From: a virus
Taxonomy: Duplodnaviria; Heunggongvirae; Uroviricota; Caudoviricetes
Length of the DNA stretch: 64,000 nucleotides
Direction: 5' to 3' (one strand)
Virus record (IMG/VR): IMGVR_UViG_3300014038_000199
Positions within the stretch are counted from its first letter, which is position 1. Each line of letters opens with the position of its first letter. Both the position numbers and the translations under genes were made by a program. The notes beneath the pieces were generated by a model, which was given only the letters and a program-made list of their open reading frames with translations, was not told the DNA's origin and ran no database searches. Shown here piece after piece: positions 19,890 to 29,782 of this stretch.

Positions 19890-19906
19890 GCTGGAGGTTA
19901 TTACCT

Positions 19907-20956
19907 ATGATAAATTATGAAATGCTTACTTTTTTAGGATTTACTCGTGAGGAGATTAATTTTGTAGATTGTGCTTTGAATTATAACTGTGGCAAATTAG
20001 TAACTCCTGCTACAATACTAAGAAAGTTTGCTATGGATAATAATATAAATACTCATCTTGATTTTAATAAACTATCTTATTTGACTAATATACTTATAGG
20101 AAGCTCTAGTAGAAGAATTATAAACAGTCTAAATTTAATAATGAATTGTAAAAATACTGTTTATGGGGATACTTATAGAAGCTCAGAAGAGTTTAGGGCT
20201 TTAGATATTTTGGCAAGGCATTTTAGTTATATGAGAAATAATTTTAGAACTAGCAATAGTATTGAAATTAGAACCAATAGAGACCTTCCAGAATCAAAGT
20301 TAACTGAAGTTGTGGAGTTAGCTGAAATAGAGGGCATAGAAGATGATTCTTTCAGCATATATAACAGTGACAGATATGAGGATAACAGCAAGTACTTAAA
20401 GGTTAAAAAAAGAGGAAATATAATGCAATTAATTCCTAAAAGATTACCTGTTATAAAATATGGAACTGAACCTAAAATAGATGGTGTAATAGAACTAAGA
20501 AAAGATGAATACAGTGATTTTGGTGAAACAAGCTATACATTGTATGTTAATAGCAGATATGTTAAATTACTTAATACTTTTATTATTTGTGTAAGCATAA
20601 GGATGCCTGACAATCATCTTGGTATGTTCGATATAGTTACTGATAACGGTTCAAGAATTTATGTATATGCTACTGAATGGACAGCAAAAAACAGAAAGCT
20701 TAAGTCATCTTCTACTGAATACAATTCAAATCAAGCTAGAATAGTAGATTACGGATATACAAACAAACAATTAGAAGATAAGCTTTATAAATTAGCAGTC
20801 GATGTATCAAACAGATATAGTAAAAAGTTAAGTTTATATGTAGCACCTGTAAGAGAGTTTGATGAAACTCAAAGAATTGAGTTAAATACTAATTTAACCA
20901 GAGGAAAGTTAGAATTAGACTTAGGATTAAGTGAAGAAGATGATGAAAATTATTAG
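19907..20956 (+). CDS. Hypothetical protein.
   Basis: ORF with a ggaggt RBS. Confidence 0.3.
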   Translation: MINYEMLTFLGFTREEINFVDCALNYNCGKLVTPATILRKFAMDNNINTHLDFNKLSYLTNILIGSSSRRIINSLNLIMNCKNTVYGDTYRSSEEFRALDILARHFSYMRNNFRTSNSIEIRTNRDLPESKLTEVVELAEIEGIEDDSFSIYNSDRYEDNSKYLKVKKRGNIMQLIPKRLPVIKYGTEPKIDGVIELRKDEYSDFGETSYTLYVNSRYVKLLNTFIICVSIRMPDNHLGMFDIVTDNGSRIYVYATEWTAKNRKLKSSSTEYNSNQARIVDYGYTNKQLEDKLYKLAVDVSNRYSKKLSLYVAPVREFDETQRIELNTNLTRGKLELDLGLSEEDDENY

Positions 20957-20975
20957 ATAAACAATGGAGGTAACA

Positions 20976-21362
20976 ATGAATTTAGAAGAAGTTAAAAAGT
21001 TTAAGGAAGATTATATTGCTAGTTTAGTAGATACTACAATGGAATGTATTTATGATAGCATTAAAAAAGCTATAACAAGTGGAAATAAGCTTACTGGTTT
21101 TGTTATAGAGGGAATGTATAGAGATGAATATGAGGTTTGCGGTGGAAATACCAAGTATGCAACTAATCTTACTACTTCAAATATTTTAGATATATTAGGA
21201 AACTTATATCATGGAGGTTACAATATAGAAATTTTATTATCTGCTAAAGATGGTTTACATAGAGAACAATCCACTGTAAGCTTAGAGGAGTTTAAGAGTT
21301 ATTTAGAAAGGTTAGGGGAGTGCTTTTATTTTAAGGCTAATATTACCTTAAGTGGATGGTAA
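20976..21362 (+). CDS. Hypothetical protein.
   Basis: ATG at 20976 with a ggagg RBS is preferred over the track start at 20964. Confidence 0.3.
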   Translation: MNLEEVKKFKEDYIASLVDTTMECIYDSIKKAITSGNKLTGFVIEGMYRDEYEVCGGNTKYATNLTTSNILDILGNLYHGGYNIEILLSAKDGLHREQSTVSLEEFKSYLERLGECFYFKANITLSGW

Positions 21363-21683
21363 TTTATTAGTGTAAGCATAGATTAAAAATATCTAATAAG
21401 CATTGTGTAAAAATTCATATGCATTATGTAGTTTTGTAGCAAATTTTTTAGCTTTGGTTTTGAGAATATAAAATTATAATATAGTAGTAAAATAAATTTA
21501 GCTTTTATAAAAATCATATGCATATAGGTAATTTTTATGGATGCAGTAATAAAAAATAGTGATGCATTCAAAGCCATTTTTTGAGGGTGGATTTAAGAGT
21601 TTAGAATTATAATAATTGGAGTGAGGGTTTAGGTTTATAGGTAGTGAATAATATAATAAGTTAGTGATGGTTATTTAAAGTTT
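21363..21683 (+). promoter_or_regulatory. 320-bp AT-rich intergenic regulatory region with a repeated TCATATGCAT(A/T) motif.
   Basis: TCATATGCATT at about 21413 and TCATATGCATA at about 21514, plus additional GATGCA copies. This is the largest non-repeat intergenic gap in the window. The minus-strand ORF 21383-21577 is probably spurious. Confidence 0.35.
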
Positions 21684-22601
21684 ATGTTAAGGATGGTTGT
21701 TTTAGTCATGGAAATAACAGATTTTGAAATAAGAATAGGGTATTTTTCAGAAGATAAAAATAAATCTTCTGACAAAAATATAATAGGATATGCTTTTGTA
21801 AATTTATTAGAACCTAGCAAAGTATATTGTAAGAAATTTGATAAAGATTATGGTTTTGGATTGGTATTAAATAAGAATGGTTTTTTAGTAGATCCAAAAC
21901 TTGAATCAATTCCAGGATTTAAATTAATGTCAGAACTTAGACCTCGAAAAAGGAATACTAATGTTTTTAATACTGATGGGGAGATAATTGTTAGTAGTGA
22001 TATTCCTTTAGTAATTGATCATTACCTATATGAAAAAGAGACTACAGACATTTCTTATTTATATAGGGAATTGCCTATAAAATTAAAGTTTTCATTAGGT
22101 AGGATAGAGCCAATGTATGAAAAGATTAGCTTAGATAGTTTTACTCAGGTTATTGAAGAAGATGTAATTCCAGAGCACTGTAATATAGATGCAGAAGCAT
22201 TTGAAAAAATTAGAGATAAATATTGTAATTTTAAGTCATCAGGAGATTTCATAGTTATAAATAATTGTTGTTATATTTATAATAACTTAAACTATAAATT
22301 CAGTGGAGATGTCATATTGGATAGTGATTGTAAGCATTTTGATGTGTATACTGATAAGAATATCCCGTATGAAGTTAAATCAATAGTATTTCCTAAGGGT
22401 ATAAAGAGTTGCAGTAGAAAGGTATTTAATAGCTTTAATTATAAAGATGTTAGCTTTTACTTTAGTAAACATACAAGTAGGGGTATTTTAGCTAATATGC
22501 TAGGATTTAATTTACAAAAATGTTTATATCTCAACGAGTATCAGTTTAAGAATTACTTAAATAAGGTAACATCAGATAATTTTAATTTTAATTTTTACTA
22601 G
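21684..22601 (+). CDS. Hypothetical protein with a Cys-rich C-terminus. Paralog-like to the 23223 protein.
   Basis: C-terminal IVFPKGIKSC motif, shared with IVFPESIRVC in the 23223 ORF. Resembles BspA-type LRR segments. Confidence 0.3.
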   Translation: MLRMVVLVMEITDFEIRIGYFSEDKNKSSDKNIIGYAFVNLLEPSKVYCKKFDKDYGFGLVLNKNGFLVDPKLESIPGFKLMSELRPRKRNTNVFNTDGEIIVSSDIPLVIDHYLYEKETTDISYLYRELPIKLKFSLGRIEPMYEKISLDSFTQVIEEDVIPEHCNIDAEAFEKIRDKYCNFKSSGDFIVINNCCYIYNNLNYKFSGDVILDSDCKHFDVYTDKNIPYEVKSIVFPKGIKSCSRKVFNSFNYKDVSFYFSKHTSRGILANMLGFNLQKCLYLNEYQFKNYLNKVTSDNFNFNFY

Positions 22602-22669
22602 ATTACAACTTTTTTGTTACATTTATTTGTTATAGTTATATAGTTAATATAATAAATGGAGGATATAAA

Positions 22670-23209
22670 ATGAGGGCTAGAAAGAAAAGAATAGTTTATA
22701 AGGCATATAAATTTTATGGTAAGTTTTATAACCAAGATTTTGTAAATTATGTTTCCGGTAAATCTATAGAGCCTATATCTTTTAATCAAGCAACGGAGCA
22801 ACTTTTCATTCAGAAAGAAACGCCTATGTGTTTGAGTAAAGGAAATTGGCTAATTGAGAATGAACTACCTAATGGAAAGAGTGAATTTTGGGTTGTCGAG
22901 GCTAATATTTTTTCAAAGACATATAAAAAAGTAGGTGAAAATTTATATGAAAAGAAAGCAGTTACTATTGACTGCATTAGGTTTTCTGAACTGTCAGAAT
23001 CGGGAGTAAAAGAAATATTCAAGTTTATGGGTTTAAGACCTAGCAGTGAAATGATAAGATTAGCTTTATCTGAAAGGTTTATTAGGATAAATACCTTAGA
23101 GGGAATGGAATTTTTGCATCTAGGGCAAGTTTTAGTTAAAGGAGTGCATGGAGAATTTTATCCTGTACCTTATGAAAAATTTATACAATTATATGATATA
23201 GTTAAATAA
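22670..23209 (+). CDS. Hypothetical protein.
   Basis: Good RBS (ggagga). Confidence 0.3.
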   Translation: MRARKKRIVYKAYKFYGKFYNQDFVNYVSGKSIEPISFNQATEQLFIQKETPMCLSKGNWLIENELPNGKSEFWVVEANIFSKTYKKVGENLYEKKAVTIDCIRFSELSESGVKEIFKFMGLRPSSEMIRLALSERFIRINTLEGMEFLHLGQVLVKGVHGEFYPVPYEKFIQLYDIVK

Positions 23210-23222
23210 GAAGGAGAGCAAG

Positions 23223-24476
23223 GTGGATATTAAAAAAGATAATGGAGAGAGCGGTTCTTCTCAACCACAGATTATAAAAAGACACAAATTAATACATACA
23301 TCTGATGGTAAAACTATACGAGGTGAGCCAGAGCATGTAGATATTAATAAGCTTAGAAGAGAAAGCACTAGCACCACTACTAGTAAAAGCATTAAAAAAG
23401 ATGATAAAACAGATAAAACTTCTTTTGAATTACTGGGAGACACTTCAAATTATCCTAAAATTACACTAAACAGTGATGGAACTGTTTCAATAGGAGAAGA
23501 TCCTCTTAAAGATAAGAATAAAGTAATAATAGGTTATGGAGTTAGGAATGTAGATTTACCTGCTTCAAAAGTATTTGAATTAGATAGACTTGGAGTAAGT
23601 GAAGATTGCATTATAAGAGAACTTGTTGAAAATGTAATGATGGATTTAAGTACTGGTGAGATTATCAGAGTTCCTATAAACAGACTTAAGCAAAAGGAAT
23701 TTAATAATTCCGTTTATTGGTGTAGTAACGGGATATGCTACACAGATATTAAAACTAGAACTGTGTATAAAGAATCTAATATAAGTGTGCCTTTATATTT
23801 AGGAGATACAAAAATATTAAATAAAAAAGAGAAAGGTATTTATTTTGCTTCAGCAGATAACCTAGGGGATGATGATAATTTGTGGGTTCATGATAATTGT
23901 AATGTGCGTAGCTTATTAAAATTTAATGGAAAAACTTTTGAACTTTGTACCCTTTCTTATAATTTTAGCACTAATAATATTGAAGAAATTCCTAATTCTG
24001 TTGGAAAAATGCATTACGATTGGTACGCTAAACTATTATCCTCTCTTCCTCAATATAAGGTAGGCTTTATGGGTAATTATTTTATGATAGGAGATAAGGT
24101 TTGTATACTTAATAATGATGATAGATATTTTCCTAGGTTAAAGGGGAATCCTGTAAGTGGATGCTTTGTAGTACCTAATGGTTGTGTATCTTTTGGTGCT
24201 ATATCTCATGAGAACATCGGTAGTTTAACCTCTATAGTATTCCCAGAGTCTATAAGGGTATGTAATTTTCATATAAGAGCATATGTTAAAAGAGGATTTC
24301 AGTTCTGTTTTAGTTCAAAAACTCCTATAGCAACTATTATAGACATATTAAAAATAGAGAGTACACTTAGACTAGAGGGTTACAGTGAGGATGTACTTAG
24401 CAATATGGATAGATTTGAATTTACAAAAGTATTAGCAAAAGTTATTGGTAAAGATTATAGAATAGATTTTTATTAA
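23223..24476 (+). CDS. Hypothetical protein with a Lys/Thr-rich N-terminus and a Cys-containing C-terminal domain.
   Basis: GTG start with an aaggagag RBS. Shares a C-terminal motif with the 21684 protein. Confidence 0.3.
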   Translation: MDIKKDNGESGSSQPQIIKRHKLIHTSDGKTIRGEPEHVDINKLRRESTSTTTSKSIKKDDKTDKTSFELLGDTSNYPKITLNSDGTVSIGEDPLKDKNKVIIGYGVRNVDLPASKVFELDRLGVSEDCIIRELVENVMMDLSTGEIIRVPINRLKQKEFNNSVYWCSNGICYTDIKTRTVYKESNISVPLYLGDTKILNKKEKGIYFASADNLGDDDNLWVHDNCNVRSLLKFNGKTFELCTLSYNFSTNNIEEIPNSVGKMHYDWYAKLLSSLPQYKVGFMGNYFMIGDKVCILNNDDRYFPRLKGNPVSGCFVVPNGCVSFGAISHENIGSLTSIVFPESIRVCNFHIRAYVKRGFQFCFSSKTPIATIIDILKIESTLRLEGYSEDVLSNMDRFEFTKVLAKVIGKDYRIDFY

Positions 24477-24484
24477 GGAGCATT

Positions 24485-24970
24485 ATGAATTTAGCAGATA
24501 CAATCAGAGATAGAAAAGAAGTTCATGTTCCTATTTGGGGCAATGAGGTATACTCTTATCCCATCCCTGCTAGGGATAAGAATGGAACAATTTACAGAGT
24601 ATTCATCTACACGATAAATAAGGACAATTTATTAGATGCTGGGTTACCATACAGTTTACTAGAGTTCAGTGCAAAAACAGGTGATTTAGTATCTTATAAT
24701 AAATTAGACTATGATATTGATAAAGACAGATTATTTTTGATATATGCAAATACAGAGGAGTCAATAACGAACAACAGAGATAAGATAATAAGTTTATTTG
24801 ATAAAGTAAGTGAACTTCATTTGTTTTCTGATAATTTAGGGGATGGGGATGTCATGCTATTAGAGGAGTATGCTAATTTAGTTTTAACTAGTGTGCCTCC
24901 TAATCATGTATATTATTATAAAAAATATGGAAAGGACTTTTTTAGTTGGGTAGAAAAACTAACAAAGTGA
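24485..24970 (+). CDS. Hypothetical protein.
   Basis: RBS aaggag. Confidence 0.3.
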   Translation: MNLADTIRDRKEVHVPIWGNEVYSYPIPARDKNGTIYRVFIYTINKDNLLDAGLPYSLLEFSAKTGDLVSYNKLDYDIDKDRLFLIYANTEESITNNRDKIISLFDKVSELHLFSDNLGDGDVMLLEEYANLVLTSVPPNHVYYYKKYGKDFFSWVEKLTK

Positions 24971-24986
24971 TAATGGACAGTGGGTA

Positions 24987-25598
24987 GTGGAGATTTACAA
25001 TGGCAATTATTTTGGGGCGGAAACTAAAATTGAATACAAGGATAAGAGAGTTGAAATAACAAAAACTTTAGGGGATAAGACATTAAAGTTTGATTATAAG
25101 GCTTATGAGGCTAGAAATTACCATACTCTAATACTTAAGCAGTTAAGCTATTGCATTTCAGAAACATTAAAGGAAATGAAAAGTAATGTAATAATAGCTA
25201 TAAGCTGTGTTAAAATTAATAAAGATGAAGTTACTGGTCTTTTAGATGTATACCCCAGTTACGCTATAAATATTATAGATGAGATACTAGATAAATATAG
25301 AGAATACATAATAAAGCCTAGTTTATTGGTGGATTGTGGAATAACTAAAGGAATGTATCAAGATGCTCACATAAAAAAGTATGATGGTATAATAATGGGG
25401 AGTAGAAAGTACATAATAGAGAAGATATATTTAGTTCCATACTCTAATAAAAGTATATTAAAGTTGTATTTTTCTGATAGGATGACTATTTTAGATAATA
25501 AAGACATAGAAGATTTTCATAGAAAAGCATTAGACTCAGGAGATGACAGAGAAATAAATAAGTGTGAAGTAAATTTGTTTACTGTGGGTAAAATGTAA
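24987..25598 (+). CDS. Hypothetical protein.
   Basis: ORF. GTG start assumed. Confidence 0.25.
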   Translation: MEIYNGNYFGAETKIEYKDKRVEITKTLGDKTLKFDYKAYEARNYHTLILKQLSYCISETLKEMKSNVIIAISCVKINKDEVTGLLDVYPSYAINIIDEILDKYREYIIKPSLLVDCGITKGMYQDAHIKKYDGIIMGSRKYIIEKIYLVPYSNKSILKLYFSDRMTILDNKDIEDFHRKALDSGDDREINKCEVNLFTVGKM

Positions 25599-25618
25599 TT
25601 ATAGTTAAGGAGTAAGGA

Positions 25619-26827
25619 TTGTATAACATAGATTCTAATATAGATAAGCCTGATTTTAAGTTTTTATTTGAGGAAATAGATAATTTAGTTGGTGGAAAAG
25701 GTTTAAGACTTAGTAATAAGATTTTTGAATTAAAGAATAATTTATTTAAAGAGGTAAATAGTTTAAGTGCTTTTATAGTCAGTCAATATAATATAAATAA
25801 CCCTAATTCACCTGCTCAGGTTTTAGAGTACATAAAAGAGCATTTAGACTTAGACCTGTTAAAGTATTGTACTGATGAAAAAACGGGTAAGATAAGTTCA
25901 AGTAAAGAAAATTTAATTAAGCTTGCAAGTTTAGGAAATACTTTTGCAAGTGATTTATTGAATTATAGAAAACATAAAAAGCAATTAGAGTATATAGAAT
26001 GTTTATTAGGTAGTTGTGACAGATATGGTAGGATATTTCCTGATGTTAGTTTAGGTACTACAAATAGGATAAATTATACAAATCCGCCACTAATGAATAT
26101 ACCTAAAGACATATTGTGGGATGTTTTAGCTCCTAGAGCAACTGGAAATTACTTAGTTAGTGTGGATATAAAAAATCAAGAGCCAACAGTTTTAATAAAC
26201 TGGCATAATATAACTTGTTTGAAAGACAAGTTAACATCTGATAGGGGATTGTATTTTGAGATATTTGTTGAGATATTTAATAGAGAGCCAAAAGATGATG
26301 AATTAGCGGAGTTAAAGACGACCTGGTTAGCTTTGAATTACGGAGCAACTAAATTCGGTATATCAGGTATATGTTCTCTTATAGACAGTAATTTGATTTA
26401 TGATTATTTTACAAGCATAAAAGAAATTAAGAGGTATACAGGTAAAGCTTATGGATTAGCCAAAAATAAGTGTAGGAAAGCATATACTTATTTCGGAACA
26501 GAGTTAAAATTAGATGCTAAAGATTTATCTCAATTAAAAAGACAACATTTGGATTTTCCTATACAGGGCACTTGCAGTGATATATTGTCTCTGCTTGTAA
26601 AAAGATTTAGGGCATATATAAATACATATAAATTAGGAAATAAACTTAGTATATATTATACAAGACATGATGAATTGATAATAGAAGTAGATAAAGATTT
26701 TTATGAAGAAAGAAATACCAATAAAGATGAAGATGAAAACATATATTGTTTATTAGGGGAAATACTTAATCATAAAGTAGATGATTGGATTGAGTTCAAA
26801 ACTAAGATAGCATTAGTCAAATCATAG
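25619..26827 (+). CDS. Compact family-A DNA polymerase, polymerase (fingers/palm) domain only.
   Basis: SPAQVLEYIKEHLDL (Pol I SPKQL..ILFEKLGL-like). Motif A LVSVDIKNQEPTVL (DYSQIELR-like). Motif B KTTWLALNYGATKFGIS (K..NFG..YG). FPIQGTCSDIL (QGTAADI). Motif C YYTRHDELIIEV (HDE). TTG start with an aaggag RBS. Confidence 0.7.
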   Translation: MYNIDSNIDKPDFKFLFEEIDNLVGGKGLRLSNKIFELKNNLFKEVNSLSAFIVSQYNINNPNSPAQVLEYIKEHLDLDLLKYCTDEKTGKISSSKENLIKLASLGNTFASDLLNYRKHKKQLEYIECLLGSCDRYGRIFPDVSLGTTNRINYTNPPLMNIPKDILWDVLAPRATGNYLVSVDIKNQEPTVLINWHNITCLKDKLTSDRGLYFEIFVEIFNREPKDDELAELKTTWLALNYGATKFGISGICSLIDSNLIYDYFTSIKEIKRYTGKAYGLAKNKCRKAYTYFGTELKLDAKDLSQLKRQHLDFPIQGTCSDILSLLVKRFRAYINTYKLGNKLSIYYTRHDELIIEVDKDFYEERNTNKDEDENIYCLLGEILNHKVDDWIEFKTKIALVKS

Positions 26828-26851
26828 TTTATAAGAAAAGGAGGAAACATT

Positions 26852-27856
26852 ATGCCAAAGAAATTTGCGGTAATGACAAGTAAAGGTATATTTTACATAA
26901 CTAAAGTAGTAAGAGAAAAAGTTAAGTTAGCAATTCCAATGTTAACAGCAGCTTTTATAGTAATGGGTGCTGGATTTACTATAAGTGAATCTGAACTAGT
27001 CGCCTTAGCAGCCTCTCCTAATATTAATGTTACAGTTAATGCTGGTAATGATAATGATGGAAAGATGTACTCTGATAATTGGAGGCTTAATGGAGCCAAT
27101 AATTGGGAATATTATGATAATGGAAATAAAGTTACAAATGCTTGGATACAAGACCATAATCATTGGTATTTAGTAGATGAAAGCGGAACTATGAGAGTGG
27201 GGCTTTATAAATCCTATGATAAGTATTATCTGTTAGATGATATCAGAGGAACTGGAACTTATGGAAAGCTATTAAAGAATGGCGGAACATATCAGGGAAT
27301 TACTATATCTGCTGATACTTCTTCTGATTACGAGGGAGCATTAACTGAAGATACATTAAACAGATTAGCTAGTGTTGGTGTAAAGAGAGATAATGCAGTT
27401 AATGTTACAGGTACAGCTCATAATACAAATAATGGAACAGCTCAAAATCAAGGAAATGGTAATGTTTGGGATGTTAATCAGTATAAAGGAGATGGACAAA
27501 CTCCAGTAAGAATAGTTAGTAATAGAGAGGGTGGAAATATATTAACTGGCATATACGAAGATGGAAGATATTATTGCATAGGAAATGATGGTAAAAAATA
27601 TAAGAGACATCCATTTTCTACTACTGCTAGATATTTTCCAAATGCAGAAGATTTTCTAGCTTCAGATTGGGCTAAGTATTTAGATACTGGAAAAGTAGCT
27701 CCTGATGGTGGTTTTTACTCTAGGAGTAATATAGCTGGAGAAAGGGTGATATATTGGAATAGTTCACTTGATGGTGGTGATTTTGGTGGAAGTGCTATAC
27801 CAATGTATTATAAGGCTGATGGAGTTGCAGTATCAGATAAATATAAAGACTATTAA
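26852..27856 (+). CDS. Secreted protein with cell-wall-binding (choline-binding-type) repeats.
   Basis: N-terminal signal/TM. Repeat NAWIQDHNHWYLVDESGTMRVG fits the CW_binding_1 pattern. Confidence 0.5.
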   Translation: MPKKFAVMTSKGIFYITKVVREKVKLAIPMLTAAFIVMGAGFTISESELVALAASPNINVTVNAGNDNDGKMYSDNWRLNGANNWEYYDNGNKVTNAWIQDHNHWYLVDESGTMRVGLYKSYDKYYLLDDIRGTGTYGKLLKNGGTYQGITISADTSSDYEGALTEDTLNRLASVGVKRDNAVNVTGTAHNTNNGTAQNQGNGNVWDVNQYKGDGQTPVRIVSNREGGNILTGIYEDGRYYCIGNDGKKYKRHPFSTTARYFPNAEDFLASDWAKYLDTGKVAPDGGFYSRSNIAGERVIYWNSSLDGGDFGGSAIPMYYKADGVAVSDKYKDY

Positions 27857-27934
27857 AATTGTAAGATATAGTAATACTATAATTACTGCAACAAAGGAAT
27901 CTATATTAAAAAAGCAAACAATATAACTACGGCA

Positions 27935-29745
27935 GAGTAGAAACTTATAGCAAAGAAGTGAATTAAAGAACTATTATGTCATAGAAACCTATAGTAAAGA
28001 AGTGGATTATTAAATAAACATTATATTGTCAGGTAGTACTGTGAAGTAGCTTGCTGAAAAGAGTAAACATCTAATATAAATTAGCAAATACTAATTATAA
28101 TGAATTACTAGGACAGAAAAATCAACCTATGATTGTCTAGTGTATAACTATATAGGAAAATAAACCTATTGAAGAGAAGTGAATTACTTTGAAAGCTGAT
28201 TAACCTAGATCCAATAAGTGAACTACTAATCAATGAAAGTAAGATTAAAAGAGTATATTATATAAACTATTAAATCTGAGTAACTAAGCAAATTAATTAA
28301 TCCTTTGTAATAAAGTGAATTACTACACTATCAAAGAAACCTCCAGAGATTTAGTGAATTATTAGTAAAAAGTAATTTTAGATAACTAAGTAAATAGCTA
28401 TTAGTAGAAAGTAACCTTAAATAGACAAGTGAATTACTAGTGAAACCTAGAAATCTGTAAATGTAGAGTGAATAAGTTATAGATTAAAAGAAAAATTATT
28501 AAAAGAGTGCATTACTAAAATAGGCTAGAAAACTATTGTCTGAAAGTGAGCTAATTAAGTAATGAAATTAACCTAACGATATTTAGTGAATTAACTAGAA
28601 TTGCAAAGTAAACTACTTCAAAAGAGTGCATTAACTATTAAAGTGCAGTAACTAAATAAATTAACTAGGGGTCTCCAGTAAACAGAAACAGGGAGTGAAC
28701 TAACTTAACTACTGAATTATAGTAACCTAACATTACAAAGTGAATTAGCAATAAACAACAGTTTAATTTTTAATTAAAAATGAAAAATAATTCAAAATTC
28801 TAAAGTGAATTAGTTTTGTATTAAAAATAAGAAGAAACCTATGTATGCCTAGTGTAGTTTATACTTAATTAAGTAAAACAATTATTAATTATATTATATT
28901 AGAAAACTAAACAAAAAAAGTGGGCATATTGAATAATAATTTAATTAAAATACCTTAGAAAACTAAAACAAAAAGTGAACACATTATATATTAAGAGAGT
29001 GAGTTAGCTATGATAATCAAGTAAACTAGCGATGATTAGCGAATTAAATTACTAAAAATACAAAGAAATCTAACCTAGTTAAGTGGACTTTATATATTAA
29101 TGATTTAAGTAATGGTGAAATTTTATATAAGCGAAGAGTGAATTACTATGGTATAAAAGTAACCTAGATACATTTAGTGTATTAACTACAGCTTTCGAGA
29201 AAACTGGGATAGAAAAGTGAATTACTATGAATTCTAAGTAACCTCAAAAAGCATAGTGAATTAAAGTTTAACTTTATGAATGAAGAAACCTAATGCAAGT
29301 TAGTGAATTAAATAAAAAGAGAATTGATAGAAGTTTAATTGTATGAATTAAGAAACCTAATATAATGTAGTGAATTAACTAGAATTGCAAAGTAATCTAT
29401 TGAAAAAAGTGTATTAACTATAATAATTTAGAAAACTACACAAAAAGAGTGAGTTAACTACAATACATTAGAAAACTAAACTCAAAGAGTGAACATATTA
29501 ATATCACAAAAAACTTTATTACAAGAGTGAATTACTAATGCTGAAGAGAAACCTACTTTATATTAGTGAATTAGTTTAAGTAAATCTTATTGAAATTGAA
29601 AAGAAAAATATAGAATTAAAGTGAATTATAACTAATATATTAAAGAAAACTGTTTTACTCTAGTGAATCAATTACATATTATTAAATTATAAAAGGCTTA
29701 TATATTAAATATAAGCCTTTTAATATTATAAAGTGAAAAATAAAA
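27935..29745 (+). repeat. Iteron/centromere-like array of about 46 degenerate direct repeats with a ~39-bp period, in a 1.9-kb ORF-free region.
   Basis: The core AGTGAATTA (variants AGTGAACTA, AGTGCATTA, AGTGAGTTA, AGTGTATTA, AGTGGATTA) recurs in a single orientation. Spacings of 38-41 bp occur in long runs, for example cores starting near 28427, 28467, 28506, 28545, 28584 and 28625, and near 29369, 29408, 29447, 29487, 29526 and 29565. Each unit also carries a sub-core (G/T)AAACCTA or AGAAAACTA about 12 nt after the core. No ORF longer than 60 aa on either strand. Confidence 0.85.
29693..29719 (+). other. Perfect 11-bp stem-loop (AAGGCTTATAT-attaa-ATATAAGCCTT) at the distal edge of the repeat array.
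   Basis: Exact inverted repeat. It is followed by AT-rich sequence rather than a clean T-run, so it could be a terminator, an origin hairpin, or a protein-binding palindrome. Confidence 0.5.
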
Positions 29746-29782
29746 TAAGTTCAAAGGAACTAAAAAGAAAGGAAACTAGTTT

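Noticed and set aside
27935-29745. Possible CRISPR array.
   Set aside because: The repeats are only about 9-13 bp of conserved core inside degenerate ~39-bp units. There is no alternation of identical repeats with unique spacers, and no cas genes or leader. The architecture fits iterons or a centromere instead.
27935-29745. The AGTGAATTA / AGTGGATTA core as DnaA boxes.
   Set aside because: It resembles the reverse-complement DnaA box TGTGGATAA but differs at two positions in every copy, and it lacks the usual mixed orientation of oriC boxes. I am treating it as an element-specific binding site instead.
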